The position numbers were made by a program, and so were the translations under genes. Of a DNA stretch of 64,000 nucleotides, positions 1-11,965 are shown one piece after another. Position 1 is the first letter of the stretch. Each line of letters starts with the position of its first letter. The notes under the pieces were generated by a model, which was not told the origin of the DNA, did not search any database, and was given only the letters and a program-made list of their open reading frames with translations. This DNA comes from Macrostomum hystrix. Taxonomy: Eukaryota; Animalia; Platyhelminthes. The stretch spans positions 3,753,632 to 3,817,631 of the forward strand of contig CATNEN010000012.1 in NCBI GenBank assembly GCA_950097015.1. Reading direction: 5' to 3'.

Positions 1-3000
1 AGCTGAACACGTCGCCAGTGTTGCGATAAGAATTGCTGCCGCTGCCGGTCGAGTCCGTGACGCCGACAATCGCGCTGCCGGCATGAGCTAACTGGCTCAT
101 CTTAGTTACTAGGCTGTCGGCCTTATGGCGTAGTCGCCTTAGCAACTGTTGCTGCTGCTCGCCCGGCTTTGAAAATGGTAGCTGTCGGGAATGCTTCGGG
201 CTTGGCGCTTGTTGTTGTTGCTGCTGCTGCTGCTGCGGGGACAGTCCAGCCGAGGCAGACGCGGCTGTGGCGCACTCCGGGCAGGTCATGGCGCAGTGGT
301 CGGCCAGTCTGGCGGGGCCCAGCTCGCGGTGGAGAGCAGTGTAGCCGCCTGGAAACAAGCTGACACCGGGGCACAGGCGGCGCAACAACTGGGCAGCCAC
401 CAGCACGGTGGTGGTGTCGTCCTCCTTGCGGCCGTGCCCGCTGACGCACAGCGGACCATTGGCGGTGCGCACTACGGCAGACATGGCCGAGTCGAATTCG
501 GCTGGCCGGCTGAGCAGCAGGCCGCTGTCCAGATTGTAAGCGCCGGCCAGGTGACCCCGGTTGTACAGCTCCGGCGAGCGAACGTCCACCTAGAGGCAGG
601 GTTAACGGAGCAGGCACGATAGGAGCCTTATATCACAATCTGGGAACCAGGATAAAATTACACAATAATCCCGAATCTTCCCAGATCCAATCCAGGATCT
701 TACGCAATGATCAAGAATCTTCCCAGGTCCCAATCCAGAATCCGTACACAATGATCCCGAATCTTCCCAGGCCCCTATCCAGGATCCTTACACGATGATC
801 CCGAATCTTTCCAGGTCCCAATCCAGAATCCGTACACAATGATCCCGAATCTTCCCAGGCCCCTATCCAGGATCCTTACACGATGATCCCGAATCTTTCC
901 AGGTCCCAATCCAGGATCCTTACACAATGATCCCGAATCTTTCCAGGTCCCAATCCAGGATCCTTACACAATAATCCCGAATCTTGCCAGATCCAATCCA
1001 GGATCTTACGCAATGATCAAGAATCTTCCCAGGTCCCAATCCAGGATCCGTATACAATGATCCCGAATCTTCCGAGGTCCCAATCCAGGATCCTTACACA
1101 ATGATCCCGAATCTTCCCAGGTCCCAATCCAGGATCCTTACACAATGATCCCGAATCTTCCCAGGTCCCAATCCAGGATCCTTACACAATGATCCCGAAT
1201 CTTCCCAGGTCCCAATCCAGGATCCTTACACAATGATCCCGAATCTTCCCAGATCCAATCCAGGATCTTACGCAATGATCAAGAATCTTCCCAGGTCCCA
1301 ATCCAGGATCCTTACACAATGATCCCGAATCTTCCCAGGTCCCAATCCAGGATCCTTACACAATGATCCCGAATCTTCCCAGATCCAATCCAGGATCTTA
1401 CACAATGATCCCGAATCTTTCCAGGTCCCAATCCAGGATCCTTACACAGTTATCACCGCAAAAAAGCAGGATGAACACAAACCAAGGTGAAGGGCGGATC
1501 CCGGATAACTTCAGCCAAGGTGACTGGCAGGCAGAGCGCCATCAGCAAGTCGGCTTCTGGCTCGGCGTCACCAAACAGAGCAGCCGTGAATAGAGTGCGC
1601 AGGCTGGCCGGCGTGCGACACGCGTAGTGCTGCGCCAGTGCGCACAGATCGGCTACGTCGGCAACGCCGAGAGCGCTGGGCGTAGCGGCCAACATGCGGC
1701 GAACGGCATCAGCTTTGGCGTCTGGGCCTAGCAGCGACTCTTTGCAGTTCACAACGAACACTAGGCCTGGGGGAGACAGGCACGGATGCATGATGGTTAG
1801 GATAGTTAGCGAGTTATAATGATGAATGAGGACGTATGGACCTCAGGATAAGGACAGAAAAGGATAGAGAAGGACGGATTAAGATAGAGAAGGACGGATT
1901 AAGATAGAGAAGGACAGACAGTATAGAGAAGGACAGACTAGGATAGAGAAAGACAGACTAGGATAGGTAAGGACAGACTTGGATAGAGAAGGACAGACAA
2001 GGATAAAGAAGGACGGACTAGGATAGGGAAGGACAGACTAGGATAGGGAAGGACAGACTAGGATAGGGAAGGACGGATTAAGATAGAGAAGGACGGATTA
2101 AGATAGAGAAGGACGGATTAAGATAGAGAAGGACAGACAGTATAGAGAAGTACAGACTAGGATAGAGAAAGACAGACTAGGATAGGTAAGGACAGACTTG
2201 GATAGAGAAGGACAGACAAGGATAAAGAAGGACGAACTAGGATAGGGAAGGACAGACTAGGATAGAGAAGGACGGACTAGGATAGGGAAGGACGGACTAG
2301 GATAGGGAAGGACAGACTAGGATAGAGAAGGACGGACTAGGATAGAGAAGGACGGACTAGGATAGGGAAGGATAGACTAGGATTAAGTATGAGAGAGATG
2401 GATAGACTAGGATAAAGTATGAGAGAGAAGGACATATTGAAATAGAAAAGGACAGAGCCGGATAGAGAGAGACTCGCATATAAAAAGATAGAATAAAAAG
2501 TAATATAGAGAAGGATACGAGACGGAGTCGAAAAATTATAAAGAACTTCAGACAAGGAGATAGTGAAGGATTGGGAATGTGAGGCAAGGAAAAGAAATGA
2601 AAGCTAACACAAAACAACCCTGGTAGCTCACAAATAAACAGTAGCAAGAAGGGATCAGCCAGTAGGAAGTACATATCCCAAAGCGGATGAAGCACTTCCT
2701 GGGGCAGGTCGGCAGCCAGCAGGCCGGCCAGCCAATCAGCTGCGAACTGAGCCACAGGCAGTCGCAGGCTGTCCAACAGGGAGCTGAGAGCCGGCTCGTG
2801 ATATTGCAACAGCAGGCGGAACACGTGACAGGCCGGCTCGGGTCTAGGCGTGTACTTTGTAAGCAGTGCTGAAAACATAGGGAATAGAGAGCGAACTGAC
2901 GGCTGCGGGGGCGGCTGCTGCTGCTTCTGCTGCTCCTGTTGCTGCGGCTGCGGCGGCAGTGGCAGTTGAAGTAGAGCGCGAATCACCTAGTGTGTTGGGG

Positions 3001-4342
3001 AGGGACTTTTGATTGATTTGACAATGGGTTGAGGTGTGATGGGTGATTGATTTGATAGCGGGTTGAGGTGTGATTGTTGATTGATTTGACAGCGGGTTGA
3101 GGTGTGATTGTTGATTGATTTGACAGCGGGTTAAGGTGTGATGGTTGATTGATTTGACAGTAGGCTGTTAAAAATTAAATTACAAAGATCTGAAAGCATT
3201 GCAACTTACTTGCAGCCAGACTGGCAGAAATCTTCGGCCAGTAAGTTTGCAATAATGGGTGAGCATAGACTCAAGATCTGACTGCATAGCCAGACCGCCG
3301 GCGCCTCCGGCCGCTTCCCAGTCGCGAACAAATGTCCGACAGGCCGCGCGAAGCTCAGCCTGCTCAGGCAGGTCGAACAGGCCGTCGAATTCGTCCAACC
3401 GGCTGGCCGCCCTGGCGCCGCCAGTCATTGCGCCGAGGCTGATTGACCACACCTAGCGGATTGATTTTATTGAAAGTTGCAGGTTTCAAGGAATATAATA
3501 ATAATAATAATAATTACAGGAGCGCTGCGGGCAATGGCACATTATTTCTGACAGTTGACCTGCAGCCAGCGAGGAGGCAAAAACTGAGCACAGGTGTGTA
3601 CATGTGCCCTGACTAGCTCATTGTCAGGCGGCAGTGTACACTTTCACTGCGCTTTGGAAGTTGGCAAACAAGGGCGTAAATTGCACGACAAGCACCCAAG
3701 CCTTCTTTCTGCGCTCCAATTTAACATGGCCCAGCCGCAGAATCGAGCTCAGGGACCTTGGTGCGAGAGGCAAACGCGTCAGACCGCTGTTAGTCACCCC
3801 GTTAGTTTCTAGGAATTTGTAAACATTCGTTTTTTTAGAGAAAGTACAGGTTCCCTGCAAAACTTCTAAATCCGGTTTTGACCCCATCGCAACAACTTTA
3901 CCGTGTCTTATCTCTCACGCATCCCATCTATCCAATCGAATCCTTCTAAATTATTCCGCAGCTAATCGCCAATCAAGAGACGCACCTGAGCGCGCAGGTG
4001 ACTAGGCACAGGCCTGCCGCGGCAGATGTTGCGCACGGTGCCAAAATCGCAATCCTCATCCAGCAGGGCTGTCTCCAAATCGATGCGCCACGCCGTGTCG
4101 CCGCCGCCGCCTCCGGCTTCGTCGTCCTGATCTTCACCAACTCCGCCAATACCGCTCTCGCGGAGTCGCTCCAACTCTTCAAAAAGATCCTCGTCGGCCT
4201 CGCCGTCGTCCTCGAAATCGCCCATGGGATTCGGTGATTGGAAATCGGTGGAGGTTGCAGAGTTAGCATTGACGTCGTCATCCTCGTGATCGGACAGCGA
4301 ATAGGCAGACGATCTATTATTAGCTGAATCAGGCTCTGTCAT
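1..4342 (-). CDS. TBC1D23: TBC1 domain family member 23 (Rab-GAP-like TBC + rhodanese domain); 3' part runs off the window
   Basis: Exons read by hand with GT-AG sites and consistent phase: 3986-4342, 3210-3452, 2632-2986, 1483-1766, <1-589. Peptides LETALLDEDCDFGTVRNICRGRPVPSHLRAQVW, FRLLLQYHEP, LCALAQHYACRTPAS, VDVRSPELYNRGHL (rhodanese) and YRNTGDVFS follow the order of TBC1D23 as I recall it. Confidence 0.9.
661..1448. repeat. 44-bp minisatellite in TBC1D23 intron 4
   Basis: Unit tgatcccgaatcttcccaggtcccaatccaggatccttacacaa; period 44 (e.g. 1101 to 1145). Confidence 0.95.
1852..2520. repeat. 20-bp purine-rich minisatellite in TBC1D23 intron 3
   Basis: Unit ggacagactaggatagagaa; degenerates toward 2520. 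Confidence 0.93.
3010..3160. repeat. 34-bp minisatellite in TBC1D23 intron 2
   Basis: Unit ggttgaggtgtgattgttgattgatttgacagcg; period 34 (3061 to 3095). Confidence 0.9.
3495..3800 (-). mobile_element. tRNA-derived SINE copy in TBC1D23 intron 1
   Basis: Homologous to 42784-43183: tRNA-like head (GCGTTTGCCTCTCGCACC..GAGCTCGATTC), shared body, (ATT)n tail at 3495-3514. Confidence 0.85.
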
Positions 4343-6782
4343 GGTTTCTTAGAGATCTGACTTGGAACACATGCAGTTGAGTAGGCATAAAACCTTGGTC
4401 CCGAACAAGGCAAACTTGGTAGCTGCGAAACAAAAGTTTCATGTGACAATTAAAGGGCCTGACAATTAAACGATTCACATTTTAACACTGTAAATATTTA
4501 TGCAAAATGTTACCTTTGCCACTGAAAACAATTATAGCCCAACTAGTTTTTAGCCACATTCAGCTAAATATTTTATGTCTAACCATAAAACACTAAGGCC
4601 GATTTTTTATAAAGCAGATAAAATAATGAACTATGCACATGTGTTAAACATTCAAAGACAAAACAACTTTTTGTAGAATGATAAAAATTTGTAAGTTTAA
4701 AAAGAAATACTGAATATGTCATTGTATACCTAACCTTTTTTGACTGAGTTACTGTTTATGTACACTTTTTATCAATGCTAATCACCTTTATCACCTTTAT
4801 ACTGTATTCTAAAAGTATAATACAAGCAGAGAAATAGTTCACAAATAGTACCAGTTATGATGACCCTTTTATGATACAGGCGTCATTAATTTAAAATGTT
4901 AAGTTAATAAAAACTATAATAATATTACTATTTAGAATTTGACGATAAAGAGTATGATGATTTGGTTTGAGCTCTCTCAGCTCAGCTATCAAGCTAGCAA
5001 CTAGCAATAGTTTTACCTTTATTGACATAGTAAACCTATTATGTTCCATGTTTCATACTTTGGGGGGGTTAGTTTTGGCTTCCTACTCTAAATAACTTAG
5101 TTAATTTTAACAGTCACAAAATTACAAAATAATGGGACCCAAACAACCTAGAGGCCTTTGAGCATATAGAGTGAGGAGTAGGTCAAGTCATGGTGATCAA
5201 GTCAAATAAGAGCCACAAAGGATAATAATGTGCAATCCAATACAAGATGATGCCAAACTAACACTTGGGCCTTGGAGAAGACTTGGCACCACATAAATTC
5301 CTAGAGGTTTCTCAAAAACAGCTTGTTGCTGGTTCCACATATGGTGCAAAATTTTGACTTGCAAAGGATCCACCTATTATCAATCATATTTTGTAGGCCT
5401 TTGGTTTGTCTGGGTCCTATTGAACAATAATGGATTTGTTTAAAAAAATAGAGTGGGAAACTGAAACTAGGGCCTATGTCTTGCCCCTGCTGGGGACTTT
5501 GCAGGGACTTGGCTACACAGGCAGTGGTCATGGCGGGTCTCCTTCTAAATTTTCGCGCCACCCAATTTTTTTCGCGCCATATGTATCTATACATACAGCT
5601 AAGAATACCCAACAAAAAATACCGCCACAACTACTGTACACAGGTGCAGACAGGCACAAGCCAAGTGGATTGCTACACCAACTGTATTTTTGATAATGCA
5701 TGAGCACCCAGCCAGACAGTGGGCTAAAAATTTTTTGTTTGATGCCTGCCCCTTTTGGCTACTTTGTAGTTGGCATGTGGCATAAATTACTACTAGTAAT
5801 AGTAATATTATTATTATGCTATACATTTTACAGTTTGCCTATTGCTAAAATTATTCTAGCTAGGCCTAGGAACCTTGATTCGAAAAAAACTATATTCATT
5901 ATTATATAGGCCTAGCGTAGGCCTCCTTTCTATAACTAAGGAATGATCATACATATTGTCTTGACTTGATAGTAAGGACTTATTGTTGTAGCTTAATATA
6001 ATTATAAAGCTAATAAACAAAAATGTTTTTTACTTAGTTGTGCAAAAGTGGCCTTTCGTAAAAAACCACTCATACCGTATTATTTAATTTTTTGACATTA
6101 GCAAGTTTGTAAAAAAAACTGGCTAAAAAGAAGAAGGCGCAGTTATTAGTTAGTCCTAACTGTTTTACTGAACACAATCTGAGAAATCCAAATGCACGTA
6201 ACATTAGTCGACTTAGTTTGTTTGTTTATGGCTCAGGCCAGGTACTTGTTTGTCCAAAAATTGACGGATAAAGTCATAAAATTATTTATACCCATCTAAT
6301 TACACGCAATAATGCCATACATGACTGTCGTCGGCAACAACTTCACAACTTATACCTTTTTTATGAGAGGCATGTGGCGTAGCCGCGTATGTAATAAACT
6401 AAAATTGTGCGAAAAAACTAATAAGCAGTTATTATCAACAGTAATTTTCCCAGCATACACAGCTAGCTTTGAAATCTCATGAAATGGTTTTAGAATAAAA
6501 ACAGTATCGCTTTAGTACACTAACTTGTTAAAAATGACCAAGCTAATATTTTCAATGAAATTTACGTGCTCATATTTAAAGCCATAATTATTGCACGTGA
6601 AATAATTTCACGACGAATATAGCTTTCATTCATACTTCATAGTCACTTTTCGGACAGACGCTTGCTCAGCTCAGTCAGCTCAAAATGGTGTATCAATTTT
6701 TTCGTAATAAAATAATCCACAACTAAATTTATCTTAATGTTTTAAGTCTCCCTTACGTCTCCCTTAAACGTAGCAATTTTAT

Positions 6783-7540
6783 ATGGAAGTGCTTATTCCC
6801 ACGGTCCTGTGCCGATAATTTCAATTTTATCCACACGGATCCGTGCCGCTAATTTTCTGCTTATCCACACGGCAGCTTGTATGAATAGGTCTACTTTCAA
6901 GTCCCTACCTATTCTTCTCTGAGCATTAGGCTTTTGCTTCAGAGTAGGCTATAGTGTATAGTGTACACTATCAATGCATAGTGTAAAAGAATAACAATGA
7001 TGTATAATATGTGTGACGAGTTTGTTGCTGACTAAAAGTTTGCTGGTTGACTCGTATGATTTTCTTTGATAGACTTCTTACTTTTTAAGTCAATACAATT
7101 CGAATGAAAACACATAATGATGACAAAAGATTTAGTGAGTTGTTATTAAAATAATTAAAAAGGATGACATTTATGTTGGTTAGGCCTAATGAATGTGGAG
7201 GTCGAAATGTAGAACACTGTCGTAACACACTGGCAACTTTGTCTATCTATTGGCTTGAGGGTTCAACAAAACATTCAAGCCTGAAAGGGCCTTGTTTCAA
7301 AGATTAGAACCATGTGGATAAAATTGAAATTAATGGCCCAGCATATTTATTTAAGAGTTTTAGACCTATTCATACAAGCTGCTGTGTGGATAAGCAGAAA
7401 ATTATCGGCATGGCTCCGTGTGGATAAAATTGAAATTAATGGCCCAGCATACATAAAGAGTTGTAGACCTATTCATACAAGCTACCGTGTGGATAAAATT
7501 GAAATTATTGGCACGGGACCGTGGGAATTAGCTCTGCCAT
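6783..7540. mobile_element. Foldback/MITE-like element with long imperfect inverted arms
   Basis: 6783-6892 is the reverse complement of blocks in ~7350-7540; repeated subterminal motif TTATCCACA(C)GG; no ORF, no clear TSD. Confidence 0.7.
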
Positions 7541-8034
7541 TTTATATAGCCGAAAGACAATAAATACTATCCTTTGAAGGTCAATTTTTAGGCATAGGAT
7601 AAAATAATGCAAAAACCTTTTTTGTATACAGCTATGCTTATCTATTTCTGTCAATAACACTCTGAAACTTTAAATACAAACAGATTTTTCTACCAAATTC
7701 GTCTTTACTAAGTAGCTAATCTATGTATATTCATATTTATGTTTTTAATTTATAATTGGCTGACTTTTGGGCAATGTTGAGGTTTTTCACTTTATTATTT
7801 TGACTAATAGCTTCAATTAACACTGACAAGCATGCCCCAAAAGTCTTAAAGCCATACACAGTAAAATACTAGGTAAAATAAAAATAAATGGAAGTGCCAT
7901 TTATTTTGGTACCTGTCAGTATATTTTGGTACAACTTTTGAGGTGGGGACTGCATTTTGGTACCGATACAATGTGGTAATTATGGAAAGTTGCTTTTATA
8001 TACTGTTAAAAGGCTAGAGATAATCAATACATAC

Positions 8035-8282
8035 CATACATGTGCAACCTCCCAAATCTACCTCCCAGCCAGCCGTGCGACTTAGTTTTTGCTCTATTTA
8101 CAACTTAGTTTGCTCTTATTAGCTCTCTTTTTCTCTCCCCTTTTTCCTTTTCTTCACGTCTTCCTTTTTTGTTCCTTGGTCCCCCCTTTGATTTTTTTGT
8201 GCTTGGTCAATTGTTTTATGCGACGTACTTTGCTTGGCCCTCGTTTCACCCAGCTGGTTTGACCGGGTGTTGCACATGTATG
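8035..8282. mobile_element. hAT-like MITE, short copy (248 bp)
   Basis: 14-bp perfect TIR CATACATGTGCAAC/GTTGCACATGTATG; 8-bp TSD ATACATAC (8027-8034, 8283-8290). Confidence 0.85.
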
Positions 8283-8696
8283 ATACATACCATATATCTA
8301 GCAATTAAAAGCTAATAAACACATGTTCTCAGAAAACTTGGTTTTGCTATGTTTTACATATGTCAAGTATAAGAAAGAAAACAAAAGGTTGCATTTTGAA
8401 TAAATTGTATTGGGTACCAAAAGGCACTCTTTATCCTAGGAATAGATAGAATCTAATAAATAGTTAGGGATATCGTCTTTAGCTAGCTAGCTATGATTAT
8501 ACTAACTAAATTCTCTATCTAACTACAATGTATCTACATTGCAATATTGAATCTATATGCAATCTTCAACATTTATATAATTTATATAATGTGCACATTT
8601 GCCCCAGGCCCACACTATTTAAGCTCTACAAACATGCACTAGATCTGTCAATAGATAAGGCTGTCTTAGAGCACTTTTCTGTGTGACAAAAATGCT

Positions 8697-9396
8697 AAAT
8701 AGAGAAAACTCAGAATCAACATTTAAGTGTGTGGTGACCTAGATAAATTATTTAGAAGTCACATTGATTCCCAGCTCCGGGTTTTGTTCCGCACAGAAAA
8801 GATTGCTCAGTTTGTCTGCAGGCTGAAGTCCCATGTTCCTAGACCACTTGTTGCAGGTGTCATGTATAAATTTCATTGTTCTGTGGATCAGAACATCTCC
8901 TACATAGGTAAAACTAAGCGACACTTGTACACAAGGGTTAGGGAGCATTGGATTAGAAATTCTGCCATCAATGAGCACCTTCTCTCGTGTAACTCCTGTT
9001 GCAATAAGAACTGTTGTGATATGTTTAAAGTGATTGATTCCTGTATCCAAGAAAACAAATTGAATATTCTTGAGGCTATGTGCATTATGGCTCAGAAACC
9101 ATATTTGAACAGTCAGTTAGCCATGGGGGGTGCAAGCCGCCAACTCAATGTGTTTTAGCTATGGTAGAAGTGTCGTTGAACTTTATTTGGTTGTTGTTTT
9201 TTTTCTCTTGTTAAACAAACTGGAACAAAATTGATTCGCACTTTGCAATGTACAGTTTTCATTTCTTAAAAAATATATATAACTTGGTTCTGTGTGTTTA
9301 ATTGATGTGTCTGCCCTGAAGATGACCGATTGTGGTCGAAATGCATTGGCAAAATTCTAAGAAAATTTAAATGGTGATTCTGAGTTTTCTCTATTT
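8697..9396 (+). mobile_element. 5'-truncated Penelope-like retroelement (GIY-YIG endonuclease C-terminal fragment)
   Basis: ORF 8727-9158 contains VMYKFHC..YIGKTKRHLYTRVREH (GIY-YIG); 30-bp inverted copy of the 3' end at the 5' junction (8697-8726 vs 9367-9396, 29/30); hammerhead motif downstream of the ORF. Confidence 0.85.
9312..9351 (+). ncRNA. Minimal type I hammerhead ribozyme
   Basis: TGCC-CTGAAGA-T-GACC(gattgt)GGTC-GAAA-TGCA-TT-GGCA: stem I TGCC/GGCA, core CUGANGA and GAAA, stem II GACC/GGTC, palindromic short stem III (ATGCAT). Confidence 0.8.
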
Positions 9397-9454
9397 TATT
9401 GTTGTCAAGCAAGCTACTCTACCTGAAAAATGCTAAAGTTTGGTTACTTTGTCA

Positions 9455-10913
9455 CATACATGCGCAACCTCCCAAATTTACACCGGCCGTGCCACTTCGT
9501 TTTTAAAAAAAAATGCGACATACCTATGCCCAAATTTTTTTTATCTGGGTAAACGGCAGGGGAAACTATGACTGTGTTGCAATAGTAGCCCGTAAAATGT
9601 TTATGCACTGTAATAAATCTGATTGCGACTTACTTCCCTCTGAATGCGACTTACTTCCCTCTGATTGCGACTTACTTACCTTGGAATGCGACTTACTTCC
9701 CTCTGAATGCGACTTACTTCCCTCTGATTGCGACTTACTTACCTTGGAATGCGACTTACTTCCCTCTGATTGCGACTTACTTCCCTCTGATTGCGACTTA
9801 CTTCCCTCTGAATGCGACTTACTTCCCTCTGAATGCGACTTACTTCCCTCTGAATGCGACTTACTTCCCTCTGATTGCGACTTACTTCCCTCTTAATGCG
9901 ACTTACTTCCCTCTGAATGCGACTTACTTCCCCCTGAATGCGACTTACTTCCCTCTGATTGCGACTTACTTCCCTCTGAATGCGACTTACTTCCCTCTGA
10001 ATGCGACTTACTTCCCTCTGAATGCGACTTACTTCCCCCTGAATGTGACTTACTTCCCTCTGATTGCGACTTACTTCCCCCTGAATGTGACTTACTTCCC
10101 CCTGAATGTGACTTACTTCCCCCTGAATGTGACTTACTTCCCTCTGAATGCGACTTACTTCCCTCTGAATGTGACTTACTTCCCTCTGAATGTGACTTAC
10201 TTCCCCCTGAATGCGACTTACTTCCCTCTGATTGCGACTTACTTCCCTCTGAATGCGACTTACTTCCCTCTGAATGCAACTTACTTCCCTCTGAATGCGA
10301 CTTACTTCCCCCTGAATGTGACTTACTTCCCTCTGATTGCGACTTACTTCCCCCTGAATGTGACTTACTTCCCCCTGAATGTGACTTACTTCCCTCTGAA
10401 TGCGACTTACTTCCCTCTGAATGTGACTTACTTCCCTCTGAATGTGACTTACTTCCCTCTGATTGCGACTTACTTCCCTCTGATTGCGACTTACTTCCCT
10501 CTGAATGCGACTTACTTCCCTCTGAATGCGACTTACTTCCCTCTGATTGCGACTTACTTCCCTCTGATTGCGACTTACTTCCCTCTGATTGCGACTTAGC
10601 CCCCTCTGATTGCGACTTACTTCCCTCTGATTGCGACTTACTTACCTCTGAATGCAACTTACTTCCCTTGGAATGCGACTAAGTTGCCTCTGATTGCAGA
10701 TTTTGTCACGTTTTTGCTTCTTTCCCCATTTGCTTTCCTTCGTTTCTTCTTTCCTTTCTCTGCTTTCCTCATTTTCCTGCCTTCTTTTCTTTTTTTCCGC
10801 TCGTTTTTTTCTGTCCGATTTTTTTCTCGGGTGGCCATTTTTGCGACTTACCTTGCTCGGCCGCTCGTCACCCAGCCGGATCGGCCGGGTCGGCCGGGTG
10901 TTGCGCATGTATG
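9455..10913. mobile_element. hAT-like MITE, long copy (1459 bp) with internal minisatellite
   Basis: TIR CATACATGCGCAAC/GTTGCGCATGTATG; perfect 8-bp TSD CTTTGTCA (9447-9454, 10914-10921); subterminal sequences shared with 8035-8282. Confidence 0.88.
9618..10700. repeat. 21-bp minisatellite inside the MITE
   Basis: Unit gaatgcgacttacttccctct, about 50 copies. Confidence 0.97.
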
Positions 10914-11965
10914 CTTTGTCATATAGCTGAGAAGGTTTAGGTAGTTGTATGGCAAATAATAATATATTTTTTAACCTATCAAGTTGCCAAAAGTACATAT
11001 AACAATTATTGTTATACTTATTCTAGGCATTTAGTCTGTTAAAAGAGAAAAAAAGAAATAAATGTCAAGAAAAAATCAACAAATACAGTTATTTGCTGTT
11101 CAGTATACAACATAGATTAATGGTCAAAAAAGTTATCTACCTAATTTTTATGTAGCTAAAAACAATATAATAAAACCATATAAATGTCATTTCCTCTGGG
11201 GAAAAGGCAAAAGGCTTTTGGTGTGTTTTGGGATTTTTCAAAAGTGTGGTGCATATGTTTTTTAGGTAACTACTGCTAAAAAACTTATAGGCAGCCAGCA
11301 AAGGCATGGACTAGCACTGAAGACAGGCACAAAAATTCAAAGTGCTAGGTGCTAGTCTAAAGTGCACATTTTTCAATCCTCAATTCTCAAGCGCATCCAT
11401 AGGTTTTCAACTTTTTATCTAATGGTGGGCATTTCTTATAAACTAAAGAATGTATTGCAATAAAAATATTTTTTGCAGATGCAGATCAATGATTTGAATT
11501 TTTTCTTTCAATTGATATAGAAAAAACTGCAGATGACTGATTTTCAAACCATTGTTGCTTTGTGCTTTAGTAAAAAATATGTTTGATCAATTGTTTTACT
11601 TGACTGTCTGGCCTGCTGTTTTTTGTAAAATAAAGGTACTGTTTTTGTTTTTATTACAGCTTTGACATTTATTCTTGGCTTCCACACTTCTTAAGTTATT
11701 TAAGTTGACCTCATTAAAGGTATTTAGTTCCACTGTGCATTATAAGTATTGCCATAATGCACAGTCAACAAATATAAAAAAGCTTATCCCCAAACAATGG
11801 GCTATGAGAAAAAACTGTTTGTCAATTAGAAATCTTAAATTTTTATGGTAAACTTTTATAACTACTAGTACATGTGGTCTATAAATTTTAGTTAATGTTT
11901 TCGCTGCAATTTCGCTCCATTTATTATAATCTTATATTTCATACTCTAGCAAAAGTCGCTACGAA

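Noticed and set aside
123-622. Supplied ORFs 123-617, 169-363 and 191-622
   Set aside because: Shadow frames; the real coding frame is the minus-strand TBC1D23 exon starting at 589, open to the window edge.
6827-7496. Cluster of perfect DnaA boxes (TTATCCACA) suggesting a bacterial oriC or contamination
   Set aside because: The context is eukaryotic, and the motifs are subterminal repeats within inverted arms of a foldback element; no bacterial genes nearby.
9513-10657. Repeat proteins SEGSKSH / CDLLPS / TYFPLNA
   Set aside because: Translations of the 21-bp minisatellite inside a TIR/TSD-bounded MITE.
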